From Eggerthellaceae bacterium UBA3686 (GTDB lineage Bacteria > Actinomycetota > Coriobacteriia > Coriobacteriales > Eggerthellaceae), in assembly GCA_002371495.1 (NCBI GenBank), contig DFIX01000019.1, positions 30,207-94,206 on the forward strand: a stretch of 64,000 bases of DNA, written 5' to 3'. Of this stretch, positions 35,952-44,398 are shown piece after piece (position 1 is the stretch's first letter; every line of letters starts with the position of its first letter). The position numbers were made by a program, and so were the translations under genes. The notes beneath the pieces are model-generated. The model saw nothing but the letters and a program-made list of their open reading frames with translations, ran no database searches and was not told where the DNA came from.

Positions 35952-36101
35952 GAACGATTGGCCCGACCATGCAGGGCGGTGCGTAAATTGGGATAGCCCT
36001 CTATTTGGCTATGTGCCGTGCTCGTGCTTTCGCATGCGGACCCGGACGCAAAAGAAAAGGGCTGGTTGCCCGGCCCTTTCGTATTCGTATGTAGTTGATT
36101 G

Positions 36102-36404
36102 CTATTCGGGCTTGACCGAAGCGTAGAACTCAGCCTGGTCGAACAGGTCAAGAATCGATTTGTTTGCTTCGCCAAAGGGCAAAGACAGGAATTCGCTCAG
36201 AGTCGGGACGAGTTCGCTGCAGTCGACGTAATGGTCTTTCTCGTTCTTCTTCGACGTATCCTGCACGCGCCAATAACGATCGTTAACGTCGGTCAGGTAA
36301 TAGCTGGCACCGTTTACGTCCATATAGACGGAGTGATTGGCATGCAAGTACGTCTTGAGCTCGTCTGCGGTGATATCGAGCTTCTCCTCGGCTTTCATTC
36401 CCAT
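36102..36404 (-). CDS. hypothetical 100-aa protein
   Basis: ORF only; no motif recognised. Confidence 0.45.
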   Translation of the reverse strand: MGMKAEEKLDITADELKTYLHANHSVYMDVNGASYYLTDVNDRYWRVQDTSKKNEKDHYVDCSELVPTLSEFLSLPFGEANKSILDLFDQAEFYASVKPE

Positions 36405-36540
36405 GGCGACCCCCTTAGGTCTTGTCGGTTACGCTTGTTCCATCATAGCAATAAGCGCGCGCGTTGACGCCAAGAATTGCGAACAGTTCATGCTTCCTGC
36501 ACTGCCTGCATTACTTGCGTTGCCGTTTAGGTCTCGGCAG

Positions 36541-36676
36541 CCCAGATTAGTGGCGGGGTGCGTAGCCGCTTGCGCAGCCACTGACTGCAAACATGCAAAA
36601 AGGAAGCAAAGAGGAGTATCCTCTTTGCTTCCTAAACGCGAGGAGCTGTAGGCCTTGCTCCCTGCCGCTGAGCTGG
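36541..36676 (-). repeat. subfamily-2 hairpin repeat (GCTGCGCAAGCGGCTACGCACCC module) with an embedded terminator
   Basis: The reverse complement aligns with 46878-46979: shared GGGTGCGTAGCCGCTTGCGCAGC and AAACGCGAG(C/G)AGCTG(A/T)AGGCCT. Confidence 0.7.
36596..36633 (-). terminator. Rho-independent terminator of the ROK kinase gene
   Basis: Minus strand reads AGGAAGCAAAGAGG-ATACT-CCTCTTTGCTTCCT followed by TTTTTG. Confidence 0.8.
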
Positions 36677-36755
36677 TCGAACGAGCGAGAGGCTTTCGAG
36701 GTGCCAACCTGGACTATCTCCCTGGGATAACCGCGGCCCATTGGTATCCCGCTAC

Positions 36756-37754
36756 CTACAGCCCGAAATCCGGGTCGAGCCAATCGCGCTCGTTGCCATC
36801 GCGGATGCGTTCTTCCATGGCATAGCGCGCGGCACCGTAGATTCCCGCATCGCCCAAAAGCGAAGCGCAACGGATATCGGTCTGCGAACAGGCCTCGAGG
36901 CTGTAGGTGGCAAACGACGCCTTCAGGTCGTCGAGGAACACGTCGGCCCCCGACGAAAGCCCGCCGCCAAGCAGGATGACCTGCGGGTCGATTACGCAGG
37001 CGACCTGCGCCAGCGCAAACCCGAGCCTGTCGGACATGACCTTGAAGGCCTGGATTGCACACGGGTCGCCCGCGCGGGCCGCCTTGCACACCGTAAGGGC
37101 ATCGGAGTCGTTTTCGGGCACGAGCTCGAGGGCCGCCTCGCCGTAGCGCCCCGAGGCCACCCACTCGCGATAGGTCTGCACCACGCCGCGCGCCGAAGCA
37201 TACTGCTCGACGCAGCCGGCACGGCCGCACTTGCAGGGGCGCCCGCTGGGCACGACAGTCATGTGCCCGACTTCGCCCGCAGCGCCGTGCCCGCCCGAGA
37301 CCACGCGCCCGTCCACGACGAAACCCGAGCCCACGCCCGTGCCGAGCGTCACGAGCAGGGCCGATGCGGCGTTCTCGCCGGCGCCCATCCACAGCTCGCC
37401 GAGTGCGGCCGCGTTGGCGTCGTTGAGGACCTTGATGGTCAACTTGGGAAACTGCCGCTGCAGGCATTCGATGAACAGCGCCCAGTCGACCTCGACGTTG
37501 GGCGTTTGGCCCACTCCGTCGGCGACGATGCCGGGCACGGCCAGCCCCACGCCGCCGACCTCGGACGAATAGACGCCCATGCCGTGCACGAAATCGCCGA
37601 TTTCAGCAGCGAAGGAGCGGCATGACGCCTTGTCGGAGAGCACACGCGTGGGAATGCTCCCCTTTCCCGAAAGATTGCCCGCCTCGTCGACGAGGCCGAC
37701 CTTCACGGCGTTGCCGCCGAAGTCGATTCCTAAGAAGAGCTTGTCGGACTGCAT
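36756..37754 (-). CDS. ROK-family sugar kinase (glucokinase-like)
   Basis: LGIDFGGNAVKVGLVD, GTGVGSG, and zinc motif GHMTVVPSGRPCKCGRAGCVEQY. ATG 37754 is preceded by AAGGAAGGAG (track ORF to 37871). Confidence 0.8.
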   Translation of the reverse strand: MQSDKLFLGIDFGGNAVKVGLVDEAGNLSGKGSIPTRVLSDKASCRSFAAEIGDFVHGMGVYSSEVGGVGLAVPGIVADGVGQTPNVEVDWALFIECLQRQFPKLTIKVLNDANAAALGELWMGAGENAASALLVTLGTGVGSGFVVDGRVVSGGHGAAGEVGHMTVVPSGRPCKCGRAGCVEQYASARGVVQTYREWVASGRYGEAALELVPENDSDALTVCKAARAGDPCAIQAFKVMSDRLGFALAQVACVIDPQVILLGGGLSSGADVFLDDLKASFATYSLEACSQTDIRCASLLGDAGIYGAARYAMEERIRDGNERDWLDPDFGL

Positions 37755-37818
37755 AGTCGCTCCTTCCTTTGCATGCAATGCAAGACGCAAGCGGACCCGA
37801 TTGTCCGAGGCCGCCCGT

Positions 37819-38646
37819 TTAGCGACCGCCCTTGCGAATGCCCATCTGCTCGTGCCGCGTTCGAACGGCATACACGATAAGCGCCACCCCTATGATGACG
37901 AGCGGCACCGACAGCACCTGGCCCATCGTCAGCCATCCGCCGTACAGATACCCGATTTGCGCATCGGGCTGGCGCACGAACTCCACCGCGAAACGCGCGA
38001 TTCCGTACAGGACTAGAAACGTGCCGATGAACGTGCCGCGCGGACGGGGCGGCACCTTGCGCGACAGCATATACAGCACGACGAACAGCACCAGCCCCTC
38101 GAGCACGGCCTCGTAGAGCTGGGACGGATGGCGCGGCATGCTGCCCGCGGCCCCGCCGAAGACGACGCCCCACGGCGCATCGGTGACCGCGCCCCACAGC
38201 TCGCCGTTGACGAAATTCGCGCAGCGGCCGAAGAACAGTCCTATGGGAGCTGCGATAGCGCCCAGGTCAGCAAGGGTCAGATACGGAATGGACGTCATGC
38301 GCGCGGCAACCACGCCACCCAGAAGCGCGCCGACGAGCCCGCCGTGGAAGCTCATGCCGCCCTGGTTGAACGCGAACAGCTCGAGCGGATGCTCGAAATA
38401 GTAGCCGTTGCCGTACACCAGGCAATACCCCAGGCGCGCGCCCGCGATGATGCCGACGATGACGCAGCAGATGATGGTCAGCAGCGCATCTTCGTCGAAG
38501 CGGATCTTCCAGCGTTTGGCGGTGCGCCAGATGATCGCGCCCGCGCAGACGAAGCCCAGCACGTAGGCCAGGCCGTACCACCTAACAGACAAGGGCCCGA
38601 TGGAGAAAGCCACCGGGTCCAAGGTTTGGTAAAGATCGTTCAGCAT
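37819..38646 (-). CDS. lgt: prolipoprotein diacylglyceryl transferase
   Basis: SIGPLSVRWYGLAYVLGF, GGMSFHGGLVG, FGRCANFVNGELWG and HPSQLYEA are the signature Lgt blocks. Confidence 0.9.
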   Translation of the reverse strand: MLNDLYQTLDPVAFSIGPLSVRWYGLAYVLGFVCAGAIIWRTAKRWKIRFDEDALLTIICCVIVGIIAGARLGYCLVYGNGYYFEHPLELFAFNQGGMSFHGGLVGALLGGVVAARMTSIPYLTLADLGAIAAPIGLFFGRCANFVNGELWGAVTDAPWGVVFGGAAGSMPRHPSQLYEAVLEGLVLFVVLYMLSRKVPPRPRGTFIGTFLVLYGIARFAVEFVRQPDAQIGYLYGGWLTMGQVLSVPLVIIGVALIVYAVRTRHEQMGIRKGGR

Positions 38647-38684
38647 TTTTCAGCTAAACCTGTATCGGAAGCGCCTTGCGAGCG

Positions 38685-38921
38685 CTATTGCTGGTCGGCA
38701 GGTACGACCGCCGTCACGCCGGGCACGCGCTCCTTCAGGATGCGCTCGATGCCGTTTGCCAGCGTCAGCTCGGAAAGCGGACAGCCCTTGCAGGCGCCGG
38801 TCAGCTCGACGACGACCGTGCCCTCGTCGCGCACGTCGATCAGCTTCACGTCGCCGCCGTCGGCGATCAGGCTCGGGCGAATGAGGTCGAGAACCGCAGC
38901 CACATCGTTTTTGTCTACCAT
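38685..38921 (-). CDS. NifU-like (Nfu C-terminal domain) Fe-S assembly protein
   Basis: 78 aa. LIADGGDVKLIDV...VELTGACKGCPLS carries the CxxC motif. Confidence 0.8.
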   Translation of the reverse strand: MVDKNDVAAVLDLIRPSLIADGGDVKLIDVRDEGTVVVELTGACKGCPLSELTLANGIERILKERVPGVTAVVPADQQ

Positions 38922-38985
38922 TTGAATCTCCTTATCATCTGTTTTATCTTCGCGACGATTCTACCAGATTGGCACGTGCGGAACC

Positions 38986-40692
38986 TTACGAAACGGGTTT
39001 GTAGTCATAACCGATGATGAGCAGCACGTCGGCGTTGAACGAGTAGTACATGTCGCCCTCGACCGTGCGGCCCATGCCGAGCGCCTCGATGACGGCGGCC
39101 GCGCGCTCCTCGCCGAGCTTCCGCTCGGTGGCATCGGCTTCCTCCTGGGCCTTCTGGGCTGCCTTCTGGGACTTCTCGCTCGCCTGAGCACCATCGTCCT
39201 CGGTTCCGAGGTCGCCCGCAAGCTGCGCGGCATCGGTTTGCTGGGCGTCGCCGCCTTCGATTATGTTGCCCTCCTCGTCATAGACCGGCTCGGCTGGCTC
39301 GGTTGCCTTCGCGGGAGTGTTGCGGGTCTTGTAGATCACGAGCGTCTCGTCGTAGACCTGCTGCTCGGCGTTTCCCACGTCGGCGATACGGAAGCCCTGC
39401 GCGTCGAGCGCCTCGGCGGTCGTCTTGGCCGCGCCCACGATGTCGGTGCCGTTTACGATCTCGACGGTAAAGCTCTTTGGGTCTGCTGCGACCGTTGGCG
39501 CCTGCTCGCTTTGCTCTCCGTCGGAGCTCGCGCCGCCCGCCACGGTTTCGAAGTCGGCGGCCTTGCTGACGAAAAGCTCGCCGTTGTCGCCCACGATGTC
39601 GGACGACACGGTGAAATAGCCCGGCACGACCGTGCTCGTGACGTTTGCCTCGCCGATTTCGCCGACCCAGCGCGCGAAGTCCTCGAAATCGCCTAGCGAA
39701 AGGTCGGTTTGGAAGAACTCGTCGATTGCCTCGACGTCGGCGGCGAACCCGCGCTCTGACGATACGAGGCGCATAAGCAGCAGCTTCAGGAAATCAGCCT
39801 GGTTCTGGGCCTGGTCGGTCTTGCCCATCTTGAGGTTGCTCGCCCGCAGGTACGTCAGCGCGCCGGGCCCGTTGAGCGTGTAGGTGCCGAGCGGATAGTA
39901 GACATCGCCCGCTTTGGGGTCGTCGATAATCTGGTTGAAGGTCACATCGAGGCCGCCCAGAGCGTCGACGATGCCCGCGATGCCCGATTCCTCGACCTTG
40001 ATGTAATGGTTGACGTCGATCTTTGCATAGGATTCGACCGCCGATATCAGCGAAGCGTCACCGGCAAGGGCCATATCGCCCAGACGGCGCGTGTCGTTGT
40101 CGACCGTCACCTTGAGCGCTGCGGGAATGTTCATGAGCGCGAGCTTCCCGCCTGCACGGTCCTCCTTCGCGAGCACGATCATGTCGGGCCCAGCCTGCTC
40201 GAGCGGCTCCGCGACGGCGCCGAGCTCGACGGCGACCAAAGTGTAGGAAGGCTCGTCGGCCTTGGCGGCGCTGAGCGCGCTTGCAGCATCGGAGTTGCGC
40301 AGGGCCATCTGGGACCCGATGGAGCCCCTGAACGCCAACGTACCTGCGCCGATTGCCACCGCGACGACGACGAGGGCGGCCACCAGGAAAACGCCGATGC
40401 GCTTAAGGCGCGCGCGGCGCTGCAGCGACTCGACGTAGCGGCGCTGCTGCGAGCGCCTGCGGTATGCCGCCTGGTCCTCGCCGCTCGTGGCGGTCGGCAT
40501 GAACGTGTCGACCTGGCTCTGGGAGGCACGTGCGCCGTAGCGCGCCGCCTTGTACGTAGCCTGGCGCGACTGCGATGCCCCGCGGGCCGCAACGCTCGCG
40601 CGGTCGACGTGCGTGCCGATCGTGGCGTCGGTGACCTTCTTGGCCGTTTTGCGCGAACGCGCACGCGGGCGATTGGCTGAATGCTGGGCCAT
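38986..40692 (-). CDS. LCP (LytR-CpsA-Psr) family protein with a C-terminal LytR_C domain; several canonical catalytic residues substituted
   Basis: Basic N-terminus and one TM segment (IGVFLVAALVVVAVAIGAG). LCP core ...IDVNHYIKVEESGIAGIVDALGGLDV.... C-terminal TVEIVNGTDIVGAAKTTAEALDAQGFRIADVGNA. Confidence 0.75.
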   Translation of the reverse strand: MAQHSANRPRARSRKTAKKVTDATIGTHVDRASVAARGASQSRQATYKAARYGARASQSQVDTFMPTATSGEDQAAYRRRSQQRRYVESLQRRARLKRIGVFLVAALVVVAVAIGAGTLAFRGSIGSQMALRNSDAASALSAAKADEPSYTLVAVELGAVAEPLEQAGPDMIVLAKEDRAGGKLALMNIPAALKVTVDNDTRRLGDMALAGDASLISAVESYAKIDVNHYIKVEESGIAGIVDALGGLDVTFNQIIDDPKAGDVYYPLGTYTLNGPGALTYLRASNLKMGKTDQAQNQADFLKLLLMRLVSSERGFAADVEAIDEFFQTDLSLGDFEDFARWVGEIGEANVTSTVVPGYFTVSSDIVGDNGELFVSKAADFETVAGGASSDGEQSEQAPTVAADPKSFTVEIVNGTDIVGAAKTTAEALDAQGFRIADVGNAEQQVYDETLVIYKTRNTPAKATEPAEPVYDEEGNIIEGGDAQQTDAAQLAGDLGTEDDGAQASEKSQKAAQKAQEEADATERKLGEERAAAVIEALGMGRTVEGDMYYSFNADVLLIIGYDYKPVS

Positions 40693-40696
40693 GGCG

Positions 40697-42022
40697 CTAC
40701 GCTTCCGAGCTCACGCGGACGGTGCCGCGATGGTTGCGGTACGGAAGCTCGCGGCTGACGTCGGCCCCGAGCGAGCAGAGCTTGCCCACGTAGTTCTCGT
40801 AGCCGCGGTCGATGTGGCCGATCTTGTGGATGCGCGTCTCGCCCTCGGCCACGATGCCCGCCAGCACGAGCGCGGCTCCTGCGCGCAAATCGGTCGAAGA
40901 GACCGGAGCGCCCTGCAGCTTGCGACCGCCGCGCACGATGGCGTGATGGTCCTCGATGACGATCTCGGCGCCCATGCGCGCAAGCTCGGCGGCAAACATG
41001 AAACGGTTCTCGAAGACGTTCTCGGTGATGACCGACGTGCCCTTGGCGCACGCCGCCAGCAACATGAACTGGGCCTGTAAATCGGTAGGGAACCCCGGAT
41101 GCGGCAGGGTCTGTATCTCGACTGGGCGCAACGGCTCGGTGCGGCTGACCGTGACCGAATCGACCGACTCCTCGACGGTGCAGCCCATCTCGCGCAGCTT
41201 CTCGATGGCCATGCGCAGGTACTCGGGACTTATGCCCTTGACGGTCAGCGGACCGCCCGTCAGCGCCCCTCCCGCCAGGAAGGTCCCGGCCTCGATGCGG
41301 TCGCCCACCGTCGTGTGCTCGCAGGCATGCATCGACTCGAGCGGCACGCCCTTTATCGTGATGATCGACGAGCCTGCATCGCTGATGCAGGCGCCCATCG
41401 CGTTGAGCATGTTGGCCAAATCGACGATCTCGGGCTCGCGGGCTGCGTTGGCCATGATCGTGGTTCCTTCGGCGACGACGGCCGCCATCATCAGGTTCTC
41501 GGTGGCGCCAACGCTCGGGAAGTCGAGCACCACGTGCGCGCCTTTCAACCCGTTGGGCGCATCGGCCATGAGGTAGCCGTGATCGATCGAGAACTCGACA
41601 CCCAGCGACTCGAGGCCGCGCAGGTGCATGTCGATCTTGCGCGCACCGATCTGGCATCCGCCTGGCATGGCCACGAAAGCGCGACCGAACCGCCCGATGA
41701 GCGGCCCGAGCACCGAGATGCTCGCGCGCATCTTCGACACCAGCTCGTAAGGCGTCTCGTACGAGTCGACCTCGGTCGTGTCGACGATCAGCGTATGGTC
41801 GTCGTAACCCTTCCCATCGCGCTGGACTTCGGCACCGAGCACTTCGAGCACCTCGCTCATGACTTCGATGTCCGAGATGATAGGCACGTTGTGTATGACG
41901 CACCTGCCCCGCGCCAGAATCGCGGCGGCTATGAGCTTGAGCGCCGAGTTCTTGGCGCCCGCAACTTCAACCGTGCCCGACAACGTGTTGTTGCCGCGCA
42001 CGACGATTATTTCCTTGGCCAT
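40697..42022 (-). CDS. murA: UDP-N-acetylglucosamine 1-carboxyvinyltransferase
   Basis: LSGTVEVAGAKNSALKLIAAAIL and PGGCQIGARKIDMHL (active-site Cys). 441 aa, collinear with MurA. Confidence 0.95.
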   Translation of the reverse strand: MAKEIIVVRGNNTLSGTVEVAGAKNSALKLIAAAILARGRCVIHNVPIISDIEVMSEVLEVLGAEVQRDGKGYDDHTLIVDTTEVDSYETPYELVSKMRASISVLGPLIGRFGRAFVAMPGGCQIGARKIDMHLRGLESLGVEFSIDHGYLMADAPNGLKGAHVVLDFPSVGATENLMMAAVVAEGTTIMANAAREPEIVDLANMLNAMGACISDAGSSIITIKGVPLESMHACEHTTVGDRIEAGTFLAGGALTGGPLTVKGISPEYLRMAIEKLREMGCTVEESVDSVTVSRTEPLRPVEIQTLPHPGFPTDLQAQFMLLAACAKGTSVITENVFENRFMFAAELARMGAEIVIEDHHAIVRGGRKLQGAPVSSTDLRAGAALVLAGIVAEGETRIHKIGHIDRGYENYVGKLCSLGADVSRELPYRNHRGTVRVSSEA

Positions 42023-42193
42023 GCGGCTCCCCCATTTGTAATTGGAAAACGATATTCAAGTATACAAGCCTCAGGGCTCCAAGCACCCCACCTGCACGCG
42101 CTCTGCACGGTTTCTATCGAACTTCTGCAGCACACGCGTGACAGCGTTCGTAGCCCTGTCGCACAATATTGGCAAAAGCAACGGACACGTCCC

Positions 42194-42303
42194 GCGAATG
42201 CGCAGGTGGCGACGCGCCTTCGCTTGGCTTCGCTTAACTTTTGAATGTTTGAAAGCTTGTAGCTGCAGAATCGCTCAGGTCACGCCGCCACCTGCGCATT
42301 CGC
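42194..42303 (+). repeat. hairpin repeat copy C11 (orientation A, alternative apical module)
   Basis: Arms GCGAATGCGCAGGTGGCG and CGCCACCTGCGCATTCGC. Core CGCTTGGCTTCGCTTAAC, then TTTTGAATGTTTGAAAGCTTGTAGCTGCAGAATCGC. Confidence 0.85.
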
Positions 42304-42411
42304 TTGCGCCTCTTTCTGGCAGCAGGGTCTGCTGAGGCAATAAGCTCATTGCCCGCGCGAGAAACGGTAGCGCATTGCCGCAGCATTTGCTGAAGCCAGC
42401 AAGTAACGCGA

Positions 42412-42522
42412 GCGAACGGCCTGGTGGCAGCATGTGTGAGCGATTCTGCAGGCACTGTTCCTGAAAATTCGCATAGGTTTAGCCGAAGCCAAGCGAACAC
42501 GTGCTGCCACCAGGCCGTTCGC
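42412..42522 (-). repeat. hairpin repeat copy C12 (orientation B)
   Basis: Arms GCGAACGGCCTGGTGGCAGCA and TGCTGCCACCAGGCCGTTCGC. The core is nearly identical to the reverse complement of C1. Confidence 0.9.
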
Positions 42523-42632
42523 GGGACGTGGCAAACACGTGCTGCCACCAGGCCGTTCGCGGGACGGCACATGCACATCCACCTGCGCATTCGCGGGACG
42601 TGGCAAACACGTGCTGCCACCAGGCCGTTCGC
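42523..42632. repeat. three tandem solo repeat ends (C12-type, C11-type, C12-type)
   Basis: GGGACGTGGCAAACACGTGCTGCCACCAGGCCGTTCGC occurs at 42523-42560 and again at 42595-42632. GGGACGGCACATGCACATCCACCTGCGCATTCGC lies between them. Confidence 0.85.
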
Positions 42633-42685
42633 GGGACGGCACACAACAAGCTGTTGTTCTTGCGTAGAATGATCACACGGTCTAG

Positions 42686-43522
42686 TTAGCCGATCTCGCG
42701 GACGATTTCGGTGACGAGCTTGCAGAAATCGCCTTGGCGGCGCTGCGCAACCTCGAAGACCTCTTCATCGGAAGGCGATGCCCCTTCGATGCCGCAGGCC
42801 ATGTTCGAGCACAGCGATATGCCGAGCACCCGCATGCCCACGTGGCGTGCCGCGATGACCTCCTCGACCACGCTCATGGCAACCGTATCGGCACCCCACG
42901 CCTTGAAGGCGCGGATCTCGGCCGGCGTCTCGAAGCTCGGGCCGAGCAGACCCAGGTAAACGCCCATCTGAACCGGGATACGCTCGCGATTAGCCACTTT
43001 GGAGGCAATGGTGCGCAGCTCGGGGTCGTACGCGTCCTTCATGCTGAAGAATCTGAACGCGATTTCATCTGGTTCGGTACCCTCGACCGGGTTGCGGCCC
43101 GTGAAATTAATGTGGTCGGTCATGATGCAGAAATCGCCGACGGAATACGATTCGTTTATGGCGCCAGCCGCATTGGTCGTGATGAGCGTGCACACGCCGA
43201 TGCGGTGCATGAGCCAAATCGGAAAGGCAACCTCTTGGGCGGAGTTGCCCTCGTAGCCGTGCAGGCGGCCCTGCATGGCGATGACGCACGCGCCGGCAAG
43301 CTCGCCGCACACGAAGCGACCCACGTGGCTCGTCGCCGTCGAGCGCTTCATGTGGGGAACGTCGCCGAAGGGCACGTACACCGCATCCTGCACCTGTTCG
43401 GCCAAAGGGCCGAGGCCCGAGCCCAGGACGATGCCGATTTTCGGCTTGCGGCCCTGCAGTTTCGACTCCAGAACCTGCGCTGCTTCTTCCAACTGCTCTT
43501 TCAGGGTTTTATGTTCGTTCAT
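42686..43522 (-). CDS. punA: purine nucleoside phosphorylase (trimeric PunA type)
   Basis: IGIVLGSGLG, HVGRFVCGEL, MQGRLHGYEG and TNAAGAIN. Confidence 0.85.
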   Translation of the reverse strand: MNEHKTLKEQLEEAAQVLESKLQGRKPKIGIVLGSGLGPLAEQVQDAVYVPFGDVPHMKRSTATSHVGRFVCGELAGACVIAMQGRLHGYEGNSAQEVAFPIWLMHRIGVCTLITTNAAGAINESYSVGDFCIMTDHINFTGRNPVEGTEPDEIAFRFFSMKDAYDPELRTIASKVANRERIPVQMGVYLGLLGPSFETPAEIRAFKAWGADTVAMSVVEEVIAARHVGMRVLGISLCSNMACGIEGASPSDEEVFEVAQRRQGDFCKLVTEIVREIG

Positions 43523-43573
43523 GGTGCCCTTTCGCCCTCGTTGTTACACGAAACATATAGTAGCGCATGTCAA

Positions 43574-44125
43574 CTACCAGATGCCACGCTTTGCGAAAGT
43601 CTCGTCTCCGCGCCAATGCACGAGCTGGCCTGTTGCCCGCGTGGCCACGAGGTCGAGGATGCGCTGGTTCGAAGAGCCGCGGAACCGCGCCGTGATGTCC
43701 TTCTGGGCTTCGACGTAGGGCCCATCGACCAGCACGTCGATGCAGGCGAGCATGCGCTCGGTGACCTCGGTGTGCCGCGGGCTTTGCGGATCGACGAGGT
43801 CCTCGTACGCATCGCCGGTGTAGGACCAGATGGTCTTATGCGGAAAACACGACTTGACCAGCTCGAGGAACTCGACCAGTGCGCGCTGGTTGCCTGGCTC
43901 GAACGGCTCGCCGCCCAGAAGCGTCAGCCCGTCGACGTAATCGGGTTCTAGGCTCTGAAGGATACGCTCGGCCACCTCGTCGGTAAACGGCTCACCATAC
44001 GAGAAATCCCACGTTTCGGGCTGGAAGCATCCTTTGCAACGATGGGTGCATCCCGACACGAACAGCGTCGTGCGCACGCCTTCCCCATCAGCGATATCGC
44101 AATACTTGATGTTTCCGAAGTTCAT
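43574..44125 (-). CDS. nrdG: anaerobic ribonucleoside-triphosphate reductase activating protein
   Basis: Radical-SAM motif VSGCTHRCKGCFQPETW and N-terminal DIADGEGVRTTLF. Confidence 0.9.
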   Translation of the reverse strand: MNFGNIKYCDIADGEGVRTTLFVSGCTHRCKGCFQPETWDFSYGEPFTDEVAERILQSLEPDYVDGLTLLGGEPFEPGNQRALVEFLELVKSCFPHKTIWSYTGDAYEDLVDPQSPRHTEVTERMLACIDVLVDGPYVEAQKDITARFRGSSNQRILDLVATRATGQLVHWRGDETFAKRGIW

Positions 44126-44398
44126 ATCGTGGCTCCCAATAGCACCGGACGATTAAAGCCGCACAGGAAATTGCGCGGAAGAGACTTGCTTCACCTTACC
44201 TTGGCCCGGTCACGACCCGTCGCAACGTCCTAAAAGCCAATGCGAGCGTTGCAGTCAGCGAGGGCGCTTCTGGCGAGCGCAGTTGCCCCGCCTTTTCGGC
44301 GACGCGCACGCTGGTACACGAACCGAAAACAAGGGGCAAATGCACCGCCGGAATCGGCCGCAGCGTCGGCCTGTAGGCCGTTCGTAGAACGACCTACG

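Noticed and set aside
35849-36175. ORFs running through repeat copies that share peptide strings: ...RRWGRVSAWLRINLDGSLNMYGGKLKLARPR also at 48334-48525, and AWLRL(N/T) strings in 16620-17180, 28696-28950, 31469-31957 and 42042-42335.
   Set aside because: The shared peptides simply reflect nucleotide identity of the repeats. Frames, starts and stops differ between copies, no RBS is present, and the variable arms change the sequence freely.
42412-42640. Periodic repeats that could be taken for a small CRISPR array.
   Set aside because: The repeated units are ends of the intergenic hairpin family, alternating between two types. The apparent spacers are themselves repeat sequence. There are no cas genes and no uniform repeat-spacer periodicity.
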